This document shows positions 38,652-52,700 of a stretch of 64,000 nucleotides of DNA, in pieces. Position 1 is the stretch's first letter. Each line of letters opens with the position of its first letter. The DNA lies in the NCBI RefSeq assembly GCF_022045235.1, contig NW_027266297.1, positions 45,570,001 to 45,634,000 of the forward strand, given 5' to 3'. Made by a program: the position numbers and the translations under genes. The notes under the pieces are model-generated. The model did no database searches, was not told the DNA's origin, and saw nothing but the letters and a program-made list of their open reading frames with translations. The DNA comes from Haliotis cracherodii. Lineage: Eukaryota.

Positions 38652-39958
38652 GGCACTGCACATTGAGGAGGAGGAGGGATGCTTGGAGATTTTAAACTTA
38701 GTTCCATATATCTGTCAGAAGGTACAGTATTTCGTCATGTGACATTAAATTTAATGTTAACCCTGTATGCTACATACTTAGTTGTAGTGGAGACAATTTA
38801 CCTAGAAAACCTGGTCCGTATCCCTTTTCTTGATGCATAAATAATTCACACCAATGATATTCCAAGTCAGAGCAAAGGCTCTGTTGTGAATCGTGAGACA
38901 ATTCTCACGACTCCTTGGTTGTCCAACCACTGATTTGAGTAGTAGGCCCAAAACTTTAATATATATTGCAAAATGAAGATGATGCTAGGTTTGCGAGTCA
39001 GGTTGATTACAGAAGATAAATGAAATGGTTTAATTATTTGTTCTGTTCTGTTACAATGTGTTTGTTGTGGATTGTTGAATATCACCACTCGCTTGTCTTG
39101 TCACATTCAGGACATGGGAATGTTTTAATAATACCCCTGGGGCAATTTGGTCCGACTACTATACAAATGTTTCCTTCTTTTCTCTTGGTATGTTATTATG
39201 TACTGTTAGTATGCAAGCTATGATTATTGCGTACATGAATGTTGGTATGATAGTATTCAGTGTATATGTTCGCCAGTTGTTTATGTAAACAGTATAGGCT
39301 TGATTTGTTCAGTGTGTGTGTGTGTGTTGTACATGGTCACATATAACGATTAATGTTGGAGTGTTCTCACAGTGGAGGTCCTGTGTTAAATGTGTCTGTT
39401 AGTAGAAGTCTCCTGTAATGGTTGTGAGTTAAGCTTTTATGAAGGTCAAGTTGTGTTTGCACAGCAGTATTTGAGGATCTGTTGACCCTATCTAATCAAC
39501 AACAGGTTATTCTTTCATTCCCAGCTAGGCATAATCAGAGATCAAATAATAAAATCATTTATCACCAATTTGTTGTGTATGAACAGATGAAAGTTTGATG
39601 TATTATCAGTTTTTTAAAAGGGAGGATTAGTAAATCATGGATAATATTTATTGGTCATTTTGGATATTAGTTCCATCCAGTGAACACCCTTCTTTCATCA
39701 TCACATTTTGTTTTAAACTTACAATGAAAAGGGTCTGTGTGTGACATTGGTGTGGATGCAGAACGAGAAGACTCCTATGATTGGGCCATCATCATTGTAA
39801 ATGCACGCAGTTCAAGGTGTACAATAATGGTGTGTTTGTTTCAATGATGCTCGTCTTTCCTTGTTACTGATGTATATATTATTAAATTTGATCGAAGTCA
39901 AAACTAATTTACTGTTCATAATTTGCTTTACACATGTTAAATGGATGTGTCAGATTCT

Positions 39959-39964
39959 AATAAA
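39959..39964 (+). terminator. Candidate polyadenylation signal of the FAM151-like gene
   Basis: AATAAA followed by U/GU-rich sequence, ~1.3 kb after the stop. Confidence 0.45.
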
Positions 39965-40093
39965 CATTTACTTTTCTAAATATGTCTGTCTGTAATATGT
40001 GCTTGTGCAACAACCAACATATGTTCATGCAACTCTGGAATCAGTGTGGCACCTAATACTGTCTGCCATGGCTTCTACGGCATAGTCATGACA

Positions 40094-40099
40094 TCTACA
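40094..40099 (-). terminator. Candidate polyadenylation signal of SCP2
   Basis: tttatt on + (AATAAA on -), ~570 nt after the stop. Confidence 0.45.
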
Positions 40100-40671
40100 A
40101 CAATGGTTATGTCTTTATTAGAATAGCTGTGTCAAGAGCACAAAACACTGTTTAAATAGTTCATCTGTATGACAAGATGAAAAAAAGTATTTCACAGGTA
40201 TGCTGAAATGGTTCTCTGAATAATATGACATACACTTAAGTGAGATTTATACATTTAAACCATCTCATGAAGACAAAGAAAGCACTGTCAGTTAAAAACC
40301 CTATTTTGCTATGAAATGAACTATTAGACTAAGTTGAAATACAGCACTGACAAAAATAATTCCAAGACAATGACTCAAAACCTCCCATTCATCACAAACA
40401 GTTCCACACTGACAAACTTACCATAAATCCTTGATTAACTGTCTTCAATCATATGTACAATATATGTCATAAATATATTTACATGTTTGTTCTTAATGAT
40501 TTTATGACAGTTACCATCACAGTAGGCATAAGGCATTATTAACTGTAATAATCTTACAATCATATCAAAGAATGTTGTGCATAAAAAGAGTTATCAGTCT
40601 TCATGCTATTCAGCATGTTCAGACTCTGTGTAGCATAGACCCTCATTTTAGAGGTGGTGTGGACATGTGTC

Positions 40672-40761
40672 TCACAGATTGGCCTTCTTGGGTTGGATCT
40701 CCTTCAGCTTCATAGCCAGACTCATGTTGCCTGTGATCTTTAGCTTGCCTTGGAAGAATGC
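40672..40761 (-). CDS. SCP2: SCP2 last coding exon ([29 protein letters not shown])
   Basis: 90 nt to TGA. Confidence 0.95.
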   Translation of the reverse strand, partial: AFFQGKLKITGNMSLAMKLKEIQPKKANL

Positions 40762-43700
40762 CTGCAAGGAGGAATTGAAATGCATGTATTGTTTCTCGAT
40801 GACCACCAAACCTTCACACAGGATTGTTATAGCACAATTGTATGTGGCCACTGTCAACGGCCTAGTAAACAACATTTTAGACCTTTCAATGCTTCAGTTT
40901 AGTTATGTAGGGACAGAACCTACCACAATTTTCACAAATGTGGATTTAAAACTCATCACCTCCCATGTCTTTGTTTTAAGCAACCATGAAACAATCGTTA
41001 TCAACTGAAAGGGTACCAGTCACATCCTCAATGTTTTTCACTGAATTGAGCAACTAGAAATTATTTTTTTCTGTATTAAATTATCTTTGGAAAAGTGGAT
41101 TTTCAAAAATATATTGAACCCCTGGCCTCCATCAGACCATTGGGATGAAATGTATCTGTAAACAAACTAAAAAGAAGAGTCTCTTGTGACATACCTGCTG
41201 TGGGTTGAGCTTCCCAGTCATCAGTTTGAGCAGATCTTCATCATTCATGGCAATTGTGACATCAGACTTACCTACAACAACCAAATCAAATGACAATTCC
41301 ATGCTATTCTTAGGATATATGGAACAACTCAAGAAATATCACAAATGCAAGCACAGTAATACGTCCTTTCACTCACTCTGTGTGCCAAATGTGACTGATC
41401 CGCTTCCATTCTTGGCGTCAACGATCCAGATTCCCTCTTTTCCTCCTGCCCCTTTCACTTTGAAGCAGAACACGCCCTTCATCTTCTTGACAATGTTGCT
41501 GCCATCCTGGAGAGACACAAACAACATCATGAAGCAGTCCTCTTTGTAATAGTGTGTGTGTTGATTAACGCTGCACTCGGCAATATTCCAGCTATATGAC
41601 GCTGTCTGTAAATCAAGTCTGGACCAGACAATCTAGTGATTGACATCATAAGCATCGATCCACACAATTGGGAGACGATGACGTGCATCAAACCAAGTGA
41701 GCGAGCCTGACCACCCAATCCCGTTAGTCGCCTCTCACGACAAGCATAGTCGCCTTTTACGACAAGCATAGCTTTTACCGCAAGCATGGGTTGCTGAAGA
41801 CCTATTCTATCCCGGATCTTCACGGGTCCTTTCTAATAGTGAGTTGGACTGAGCCTCACTCTTTGCCAACAGAACATGACGATACACACACAGGCCAAAT
41901 GTTTCAATTGTCTGATCAACTTGTCACAGTACAAGGCAAAAAGCGAGCAGTGATCACTTTGTTAGTTTGTTGTTTAACGCTGCACTCAGGATTATTCCAG
42001 CTGTATGACAGAGGTCTGTGAATAATCAAGTCTGGACCAGAGAATCCAGTGACTGATATGAGCATAGCAGGGCTCACTAATACCCCTGACTTCGACTCTA
42101 ACATATTTCTAACTTCAAAACATGAAAAAAGCAATATTTTCTCAGAATAAATAGTACTAAAACTTTGCCCTGCGCCTCTCTTATCATGCTTATAGGTATA
42201 GAAGCTGTGTCCTGAACTGGAAAAGAATCCATTTATTATTTTTATATTCGTATACTTATCCTGCATTACTCCTTAATGCATTTACAGCATGTTCTTGACA
42301 GAAACAAGAGCTGTGTGAGGTTTTGCTGAAGAAGAAGTTCCAACTGGTTGTGTGGCTAATCCCATCACACAGCTACCACATGACCATGTCATCATCACAT
42401 TACTGCTAGAATGTAACATCTGAAGACATCTTGGAGAGGCAGCTCTGCAATGTGTGGGCCACTTTAGACAAAGTAAAGCAGGAAGATATATGAAATATCT
42501 AGATTTTACTAGATTTTTTAACTTGTCCTGCATTACTTCTTAATGCATCTTTATCTGGCGGTACAGCGAAGGGCATACCATCAAATGCGGTCCTCAGTGA
42601 CAATAAATTCTCCAGTAGTTCACGGCAGTTGATGAGTGCATCAACTGCACAGATCTGTAACTACTTCGACCAATCCTGTCTACAGATGGTATGAGAGTAT
42701 GAGGATGTCAAAAGCAGCAAGAGAGAATAGGCATGCGGTCAAGTCTAGAAAACTAATTTACCAAGCTGAACTGCAGGTTTCCAGAATAACCCCCTTGTCA
42801 GGCGTGCGAACACTGTGAGAGTCAGGTAAGGCTGGCTACAATCTCATTAAAATCAGATCTTAGTTCTCGCTAACGCTAAACAAAGATCTGAGGACATCCC
42901 ATTACTGGTCACATCAGACCGACCTTGCGCAAACTTTGACCGACCAATGGAATGACCAATCAGAAGGCAGCTTTCTCGTGCTTTACGGCACTATTTTCAA
43001 ATTGGCGACAACGCTTCAATACATATATTGACAAATTCTCGATTAAAAAGATAAAACCAGAACAAAAGAACATTCTGGAATCGCTAATAGATGGTCTAGA
43101 TTGTATGGATTCAGTCATTAAACCAGTAACTGTCGTTCGGAACACCCTGTGTTAAAGTTTTCGAGGATGCATGATTAGAAATCACATTCTAACTGTCACT
43201 TTCATGATCTGGTAAGCGACGCTCTGATTGGTCAGATGAAAGGTCGTTCTGACGTGACCTCTACTGGGATGTCCTCAGATCTTTGTTTAGCGGTAGCGAG
43301 AACTAAGGTCTGATTTTAGTGAGCTTGGGCTGGCTATGGACAGGAGGAGCTTCTTCATGGCGATGAGGATTGGTGACCTGCTGGGCTACAACCAGCTGTG
43401 AATGCCTTCAACATCTTCGAAGGTCACGATCCTCCGTCTGGGAGACAGGAATAAAAGTCATGTCCGAGCACCATGCAGAGTTTAAGTGGCGTGCACAGGG
43501 CACATTAAGAGTCTTCGGTTCCTACAATTGATGATGAAGGTGAGATGGAAAAGGATTGGTCTGACTGTCCTGGTCGTTGATTCTTGGCAATCAAATCCCA
43601 GCACAGCCCAAACTTTGGTCTGAAAGATCGCACCGATGAAGTAAGGTGATCATTGCCCCCCCCCCATTCTTATTCAGAGGTGACAATGAAGGGAGGTGCC

Positions 43701-46700
43701 CTGTTATTTCGCATGTAGTCATCGGAGGTCGACGGCGTTGTGGGAAGAATTATCAAATTGACGCTGTATCTAGTAGATAAGGCTGAATGTAAATAATTCC
43801 TTGTGAAGTAAGGTGATTGTTTCCATTCCCTGGGCATTGTATAAACGCTCCCATTCTTGTATCGAGGTGACGATGAAGCTTTGGCATCAGAGGTCTAATG
43901 AAGTTAGTGACTTGGTCACATTGATGTACAGCGACAGGCATCTGATAGAGGGGTTGCAGCATTACGTACAAGTAAGCATGCAAACCAATCTGTACAAATA
44001 CACTGTGAACATGGTGAACCTAGTTCTGTGTAGAATCTGTGACATGGCGGGGTAGGGGCAAGTTGATCTCCTCGAGAGGTGTGAAATCTGGTCCTGTCTT
44101 GTGAATGTTGATCCTGAGGTGGGTACCATGCTCAAAACAGACTAAGGTGATGTCAAGTGCATGTTACTCTCTCAACCGCACCGCAGTGGCTAAAGCCAAG
44201 AGAAATGTAGTTTTCGTGGTGAGGTTATAAAAGGAGGATGTGTTGAAGGGCTGGAAGGGGGCCCGCAGAATCCATGTAGTACTACATTCAAATCACACGA
44301 AGGAGATGAAATTTGGCCTTCTGATCCTCAAGCCTGAAAGAGTGCACTAGGGTCTGTAGTTCTAGGACCTTGGTCATTTTGTGATTCTTAGGAACAGACA
44401 ACACTGAATTAAGCGCTACCAAATACGTTTTAATGGTGCTACCTTTCAAGTGGCTTTCGGTACACAAGGAGGTATTCAGCTAAGTATTGAGGTGACGCTG
44501 TCATGGGATCTTGATTCTTTCAATCTTTGCCTTACAAAAGGTTTTAAATGAACGCCACTTGTCATTGTATAACCCCCTGGTAGAGGGTCGATGTACCAAA
44601 TAGCCTTTTGCGCTAAACGCCTTTTTAAGACGAACAACGCATGCAGATGAAATCTGTCTGGCTTTAGGTGAAGAAGTTTGCTGTGAGTGTGGATGAGTAG
44701 GTTTGACCACTCTGGGACCCATCACTTCAGTGGTAATGTGGGAGTTGTGTGATAGGATTAGCCACACAACCAGTTGGAACAACTTCTCCTTTCTGTCAAG
44801 AACAAGCAGTAAATGCATTCAGGAGTAATGCAGGATAAATAAAAAAATTCATATTTTCTCAGAAATCCACACATCAAAATCTAACATTCTATTAGTATTA
44901 ATCTCTTCTATCAGTATGGAAACTTGAAAAATAGCTGTATTTTTTTCGGAAAATCCAAATATTGATACTTCACAATGCACCTCTCCTATTGGAATAGGAA
45001 GTGTTCACTAAGTTTGAAAAGAAACTATGCAGTAGGTTTCAAGTTATAGGTCGCAAACAAAAACATATCCTCTGAAGGATGGACAGACGACCAGAATTCC
45101 TTGGTGAAACTACATAAACCCGATATATTAGGTCAGGGATATAATAACCCACTACATAACACCTCTTCCTTCAAAGATAACATGGCACCCTTACTTGCAT
45201 AAATTTGGATTAAATAAAGCAATTCTTTGCTCTTAATAACTTGTCTTCCTTCTTGCCGGAAAAGCCAATGCATCACAACTTGTCTCAAGCACATACTCCA
45301 AGTTAAACGTTTAACTAAAACAGTTGAACTACACAGATTTAGATTGGATTACAGTTATGTCATGTGACATTCCTGACTCTTACACCTGAGATTATTGTAC
45401 ACAATTCTCCACTCACTGCGTCAATTGCCTTCTTGATCTCACTGAAAGCTGCTGCTGACTTGAAGTCGGCCTCCGAGGAAGCACTGGCTCCTACTGCAGA
45501 TATGCTGCTCCTAAGGGGTAAGACATAATGGTATGGACATAATACAATCCATATCACAGTCAAACAAAAACAGTTGTGGGTACTGTTGGAAACAACAATA
45601 AATTTATTTGTGGCCTGTTCATTGGGAACGTAGTTTTAAGCTAGTAACTACAAACATTACATATTACCTTCTTATCATTGCACCACTTGACCCATGTTAA
45701 CACACACTTAGCTGTTTCATGTTAATGCATCTGAACATTTCAATGAGCGTTTCTAAAATTCTTGGCTGGCTAAATTAACAATACAGTTGTTACTTTGACA
45801 TATTCTACAAATCATTGTCTATCCTAAAGTAATATTAAGTGAGCTCCAAAAACCAGTCTCTATTTCTGACAGTACTTTATCCTCACAGTGGCTTTCCCTG
45901 TTTTCTTCAACAGAAATAATAGTAAGTGCTTTCTACACCAAACAAGCGTATAGTTGACAAAGTCATCTATATCCCCCGCCCATTTTAACACGTTATAGCC
46001 CATGTCAAAATAGCTGCAATGGAAATTCTAAAATAAACATTTCTAAAACTCCTTAATATCAAATGGCACTAGTTCAGTATACGCTTTATATATAGACACG
46101 CAAAGTTTTGTAAGAAAGTATTTAATGGTTTTTGAGTTACGCCCCGGAAACGAACAGCACCCTCATAGAACCTAAGTCCAACTTGTTGCAATGGAAACGT
46201 AAAAAATAAAAATTCCTAAAATTCCTAAATAGCAAAAGGCACCAGTTCAGTATGTGCCTAGTAGATATGCAAAGTTTTGTAAGAAAGTATTTAATGGTTT
46301 TTGAGTTACGCCCCTGAAACGAACAGCACCCTCATAGAACCTAAGTCCAACTNNNNNNNNNNNNNNNNNNNNNNNNNNNNNNNNNNNNNNNNNNNNNNNN
46401 NNNNNNNNNNNNNNNNNNNNNNNNNNNNNNNNNNNNNNNNNNNNNNNNNNNNNNNNNNNNNNNNNNNNNNNNNNNNNNNNNNNNNNNNNNNNNNNNTATA
46501 TGAGTGAGAAAGTGAGAGTAAAGTTTTACGCCACTTTTAGCAACATTCCAGCAATATCATGGCAGGAGTCACCACAAATGGACTTAAGACATTGTACCCA
46601 TGTGGGAAATCGAACCTAGGTCTTGGGCGTGATGAGTGAACACTTTAGCCACCCCTGACAATATATGAATGTGAATGGTCAAATGTGAACATCTGTCAAG

Positions 46701-49700
46701 TTATCTCCTGTACCAGCCTGTGACACCTACTGTCTATACTCTGGGAATCCCATCCTGTAGAGTGCCACCACTGCTGCTCCACCTAGGCCAAGATTGTGCT
46801 GCAGAGCCAACTGTGCACCGTTCACTTGTCTGCCTCCGGCCAAACCCCGCAGCTGCCAACTCAGCTCTGCACACTGGGCCAAGCCTTCAATACAATCAGA
46901 GGTGTGTTTTAGGTCCGTGGACATCGCCTTTTATCCAACATCGCATTTTTCTTAAGCTATGATCTGGACAAACTTTCATTGATTCTTTAACAGGTTGAAA
47001 TCTTTATTGTTTTAATCCTTTATAATCTTTAATAAGTAATTAATCTAACAATTATATCCTGAGCTTCATTGGTCTAGTGGTTTCAGGGGAAATGATAAAC
47101 AGTTGATTGCATTATACGTCCCATATTTTCAGAGACAAACAGAAATCATAGTGCTAAGAGCATTATACGTCCCATATTTTCAGAGACATACAGAAATCGT
47201 AGTGCTATGAACATTACAAATCACATACTTTAAAAGATGTACAGAAACCTTCGTGCTAAGGTAAGCCAGAAATACGGATCACTTTATTGGTAACAATCAT
47301 CCCATTTTCGGACCTACATAGTGCTGATATTAGTTCAACTACTGTTGTCCCTATAAACAGAAGACCAGCTCTGATAGTCCCACAATGGTGCTGACACCAG
47401 CTTGCATATCAAATTGCAAGTTTCCAATTATGTTTTCAATCTGAACTATGAATGAAACAAACAAAAAAACTAATAATTTTCAGTTTTCAGCAAATAAGCC
47501 ATTCCATTTCATTACATTTCTAGTAGAAGGATTTCATTAACAATATACAATCTCCATCATTACTAAATGTACCTTTCAACAATCCTTTTGAACCTGATCA
47601 ACTTAGATCAGAAGATCATCACAGGATATTGTTAATCCTACACAGAACAAAGTGGTGTATTTCCTCCAGACAATTGGATACATAAAGAGGCATAATTTCA
47701 AAATATAAACTCAAAACAAAAAATCAGCAAATGGCACAAAAAATCCAACACTTACAATGCTAAATCTGAGCTGAAATCAAAGGCTTGACGTCTTCTGATC
47801 TGAACAACTCAAAATCATGAAGCATCTGCTTTATCAATCTTACTGTGGGTTGAATAGTGTGAACCTTGGACTCGAAACACTATACTCTGCCCAATCACAT
47901 TTACTGTCCCTGAACGGAGAGATTAGGTCCATGCTGGTGTGTAGCCTACCTGTAGCTCCGAGAGGGTGGCCTTTAGATATGAGTCCACCGCTGGGGTTGA
48001 CAACATACTTTCCTCCATATGTGTTATCACCTCTGTCCACCATCTCGCCTGCCTTTCCTGATAATACACACAAAAGGGGTAACTCCAACATTACCTGAGC
48101 AGTGTTGGACTTTGAACTGAACTACTACCTCTTTCTGAAACATTACTTTTTTAAGTGTTGATAAAATCACGTCACAGCACTGTAGTTCACCTGCATGTGT
48201 AGTCAACAGTATAAAATGTCAACAAAGAGCAATTAAACAAAAGCTGCTATCACCATTGACACAAAAATATAAGCAGCAGTAATACAGAGCTAGCTTTACA
48301 ACAAACACTAAAATCTAATTTGGAAAAAAACATGACATCATCATACATGTCATAAGGAGAAAGAAAGATGCCACAGTCTGGCAATATCAGAGTGAGTGAG
48401 TGAGTAGGGATTTATGCCGCTTTCAGCAGTACTCCAGCAATATCACGATGGTGGACACCAGGAAAATGGGCATCACACATTGTGCCTATGGGTCTTCAGC
48501 AGATGAGCCAACGCTTTACCCACTAGGCTACCCCACTGCCCCTGGCAATATCAGAGAAAAGGTTTTCAGAGCCAAACATGCATGTTCAGATAAATTAGTA
48601 GCATGGTCACAGTATCTAGGTCAATCAAGGTCAAAATTTTAAATATTGCAAAAAAAACCCCAATCAAACCCTGAACATTTATTTTGAGCCACACTACCTC
48701 CTACACATATGCCAAATTCCTTGACATTTTGAACACAAAAGTCTAAAAAATAGCTTTTTCAATATGGTGGCCATTTTGAAAATTGGATTCAGCCCTATTG
48801 AACAAACTGGTGGCAACAAGAATGAGAAGTTTCAGCTTCATTGGTCCAGTGGTATCTGAGGAGACAAATGATCCATGATTTTTTCCCCAATATGGCTACC
48901 AATAGCCATATTTGATTTCCGATCAAGATGGCTTGAACAAACTGTAACTGCACATGGTGACCATGTCATCCACCACGTTTCAAGCCTCTGGCCCTTTCAG
49001 TTTTGGACAAACTGGTGCATATTGAAATTCCAATTTTGATGCCTTGAACAAACTTCAACCCCTTCATAGTAGCAAACATCCACACAATTTTTCAGCTTAA
49101 TTCATCAACCCATTTCAAAGCAGAAGCTGAAAATGTAACTAAAGTAACTGTAAACCAATGATGGATGACTTAAGCCTGCATGGCTTCTCAGGTCAGGTGA
49201 GCTAACAATAAGGATACAGCATTGTAAGCCACCTGGATATGTAGTCAACAACTAAAACTGCCAAGTAAGGCCACAATTATATAACTATTTGATTCTCATT
49301 CACTTTTTTAGAAATTGAGATGAGTGAGGAAATATATTAACTATTTCCAAGGACACCAAACTTGACTCTCAAAACAGTGAAACAGAAATGCTTAGAACTC
49401 CCTCGTGTCACTGGAATTACTGTTCTCCAACTTAAGCAACAGCCAATCATCAAGTCTTTTGACAGCCACAGTCCTACAGTCATAAGATTCAGTATGATTT
49501 TGGTAACATGAAAGAAAACCTAGTGGAAGTGAAGAAGTAATGTTTTCCCACCTCACGCATGCGTAGTTGCATTTCCTGCAAATGACAGGGTTTCTTCACT
49601 ATACTGAACCGCAAAAGAAACGTCACCATGGATAGATATATGAGAAACCTTATTTGTCCAAACACTGTAAACTTACTTTGAGACATATTAAAAAGATGAA

Positions 49701-52700
49701 ACTTGGCAAAACTGATCATCAAGGTTGAAATTAAAGTGTCAAATGTTCTCAAAGTGAAACACAACACTAGTCTCTGAGAAAATGGTATCACAAGTCAGTA
49801 TCTTGTGTGTCTGCCATGTGCATTGATGACTGCCGTGCAATGTCGTTACTTGGAATGGATAAGGTTGTTGATGAAGGCCATAGGCACTCGAGTCTGACGC
49901 AGTTCATCTGCAGTTGTCGGCCTGGTCAACACGTCATTCAGCTGTCTTTGAATCTCGTCCCACAGGTGCTCATTGGGATTTAAATCGGGACTGAGGGCAG
50001 GCCACTTATAACTGCATGGTTCTGATGCCATTCTGCTGGAGGAAGTCTCTTGTTGCTCTTGCAGCGTGGGGGTTATCATGCTGAAACTTGTGGTTGCGGC
50101 TACATGCCAAATGAGGTATGGCGTGTGGTCTCAAGACTTGATCAATGTATCGAGCTGCTGTGACACCATTGCCTCTCCCTGGAACGATGTTCTGGAAGAC
50201 CAAAGGGCCTACCCTCTGTGCAAGACCAATTCCACTCCACACCATGATGCTCGGACCACCCGAGTCTCTCTCAAAACACAAGCATCCGAATAATGTTCGG
50301 CAGACTCTCTCTCTCTGCCATCTGTTGAGATACAGAGTCTTCTCCACAGCTGTGAGGAATGGACTTTGTACCTGTGTGAGGAATGGACTTTGTACCCATG
50401 TGAGGAATGGACTTTGTACCTGTGTAAGGAATGGACTTTGTACCTGTGTGAGGGATGGGTTTAGTGCCTGTGTGAGGGATGGACTTTGTACCTGTGTAAG
50501 GAATGGACTTTGTACTTGTGTGAGGAATGGACTTTGTACCAGTGTGAGGGATGGGTTTTGTACCTGTGTGAGGAATGGGTTTTGTGCCTGTGTGAGGAAT
50601 GGACTTTGTACCTGTGTGAGGAATGGGTTTTGTACCTGTGTGAGGAATGGACTTTGTACCTGTGTGAGGAATGGGTTTTGTACCTGTGTGAGGAATGGAC
50701 CTGTACCTGTGTGAGGAATGGGTTTTGTACCTGTGTGAGGAATGGACTTTGTACCTGTGTGAGGAATGGGTTTAGTGCCTGTGTGAGGGATGGACTTTGT
50801 ACCTGTGTGAGGAATGGACTTTGTACTTGTGTGAGGAATGGACTTTGTACCAGTGTGAGGGATGGGTTTTGTACCTGTGTGAGGAATGGGTTTTGTGCCT
50901 GTGTGAGGAATGGACTTTGTACCTGTGTGAGGAATGGGTTTTGTACCTGTGTAAGGAATGGACTTTGTACTTGTGTGAGGAATGGACTTTGTACCTGTGT
51001 GAGGGATGGGTTTTGTACCTGTGTGAGGAATGGGTTTTGTGCCTGTGTGAGGAATGGACTTTGTACCTGTGTGAGGAATGGGTTTTGTACCTGTGTGAGG
51101 AATGGACTTTGTACCTGTGTGAGGAATGGGTTTTGTACCTGTGTGAGGAATGGACCTGTACCTGTGTGAGGAATGGGTTTTGTACCTGTGTGAGGAATGG
51201 ACTTTGTACCTGTGTGAGGAATGGGTTTTGTACCTGTGTGAGGAATGGACTTTGTACCTGTGTGAGGGATGGGTTTTGTACCCGTGTGAGGAATGGACTT
51301 TGTACCTGTGTGAGGGATGGGTTTTGTGCCTGTGTGAGGAATGGGTTTTGTACCTGTGTGAGGAATGGACTTTGTACCTGTGTGAGGAATGGGTTTTGTA
51401 CCTGTGTGAGGAATGGACTTTGTACCTGTGTGAGGAATGGGTTTTGTACCTGTGTGAGGAATGGGCCTTGTCTATTCTTACTCCAGTTATCACTGAAAGT
51501 CTCAGACAACTTTTTTTTATATACTTTCATGGCATTCTGCTAGAAAACGACATTGAACGATGTTCAACAGCTGGCCTTTTTGAATAATGAACTAACATTT
51601 ATCATTGTCGCCAAAGAGTTGATAGTTACCTGTGTCACAGAGCCCAAGAGCCTCATATGTGATGAGCTCATTGCAGGAGAAACAGTCGTGGAGCTCCACC
51701 ACATGCACGTCATCCCGCTTCAACCCTGCAGCAAAGCAACATCTACATTAACATCTTCACAGTTTATCTTGGCTCAAAGCTGTTTTATTAATTGGTTTGG
51801 GACTTATAAATATCATTCCTTATGGGCAGCACAATGAAAACTGACTGCATTAAAAGAATACACACCAGCTTTTTGGAACACTTTATCAGCAGCTTTTTTG
51901 GTCATATCAAATCCCACCTGAAATAAGAGTTGGTAGAATGACTTAACTGTCTTAAACTATATATATATACATGTACCAAATAGCTTTGACACATATCATT
52001 AACTTACAGGTGTGAGCAGTGAAATGGATTAAATGGATCAATGGTAGAAATCCAACATGGGAGTAGTTCTTTCCTGGTGTTAACTCATCCAAGGTCTTAC
52101 TTGCAGCCAGCAATATTTCAGCTGAAACAACGGGAGGGCGCAAGTGTCCTACATTTATTTTGCTGGTCTTGATGTGTATTACCCAGAGCTAGATTATTAC
52201 TTTGCCTAAAAGCAAAAACAATTTTTCTACTGGAGTCTCTTACACAGCCAGGAAAACTAGGTAACACCAAACATATTTTGGTAATGAATTTTATCATCCA
52301 AAACTGGCTCCCACAGGAGATATCGCTTGGATGAGACCAAGCGATATCTACACTGTAGATATCGCTGCAGTGAAATTACATCACAATGCTTTGCAGACCA
52401 TTGTGATGTCACTGGTTACCATGACGTCACAATCAAATGACATCACTAATGGCTCTGCTACTGAAGCTGAAGCTGAGCTACTGAAGCTCGGCAAGCCTCG
52501 GAATTTTTCCACTTTTATCAACTCGCATTGATATATTTGATATCAAAAGACACTCGGGTGAGATTCTCTATGTACACATAAGGGTACAATGTTATTTTAG
52601 TCTTCAAATGTACATGAAACATCTACTGGTGATTTCTCAGCAGCTGCCTCATTGAGTCTAACCAAGCCTGTTTCTTACCATCTTCATACAACTGTTTTCA

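Noticed and set aside
46301-46507. ORF spanning the N run
   Set aside because: Artefact of the assembly gap
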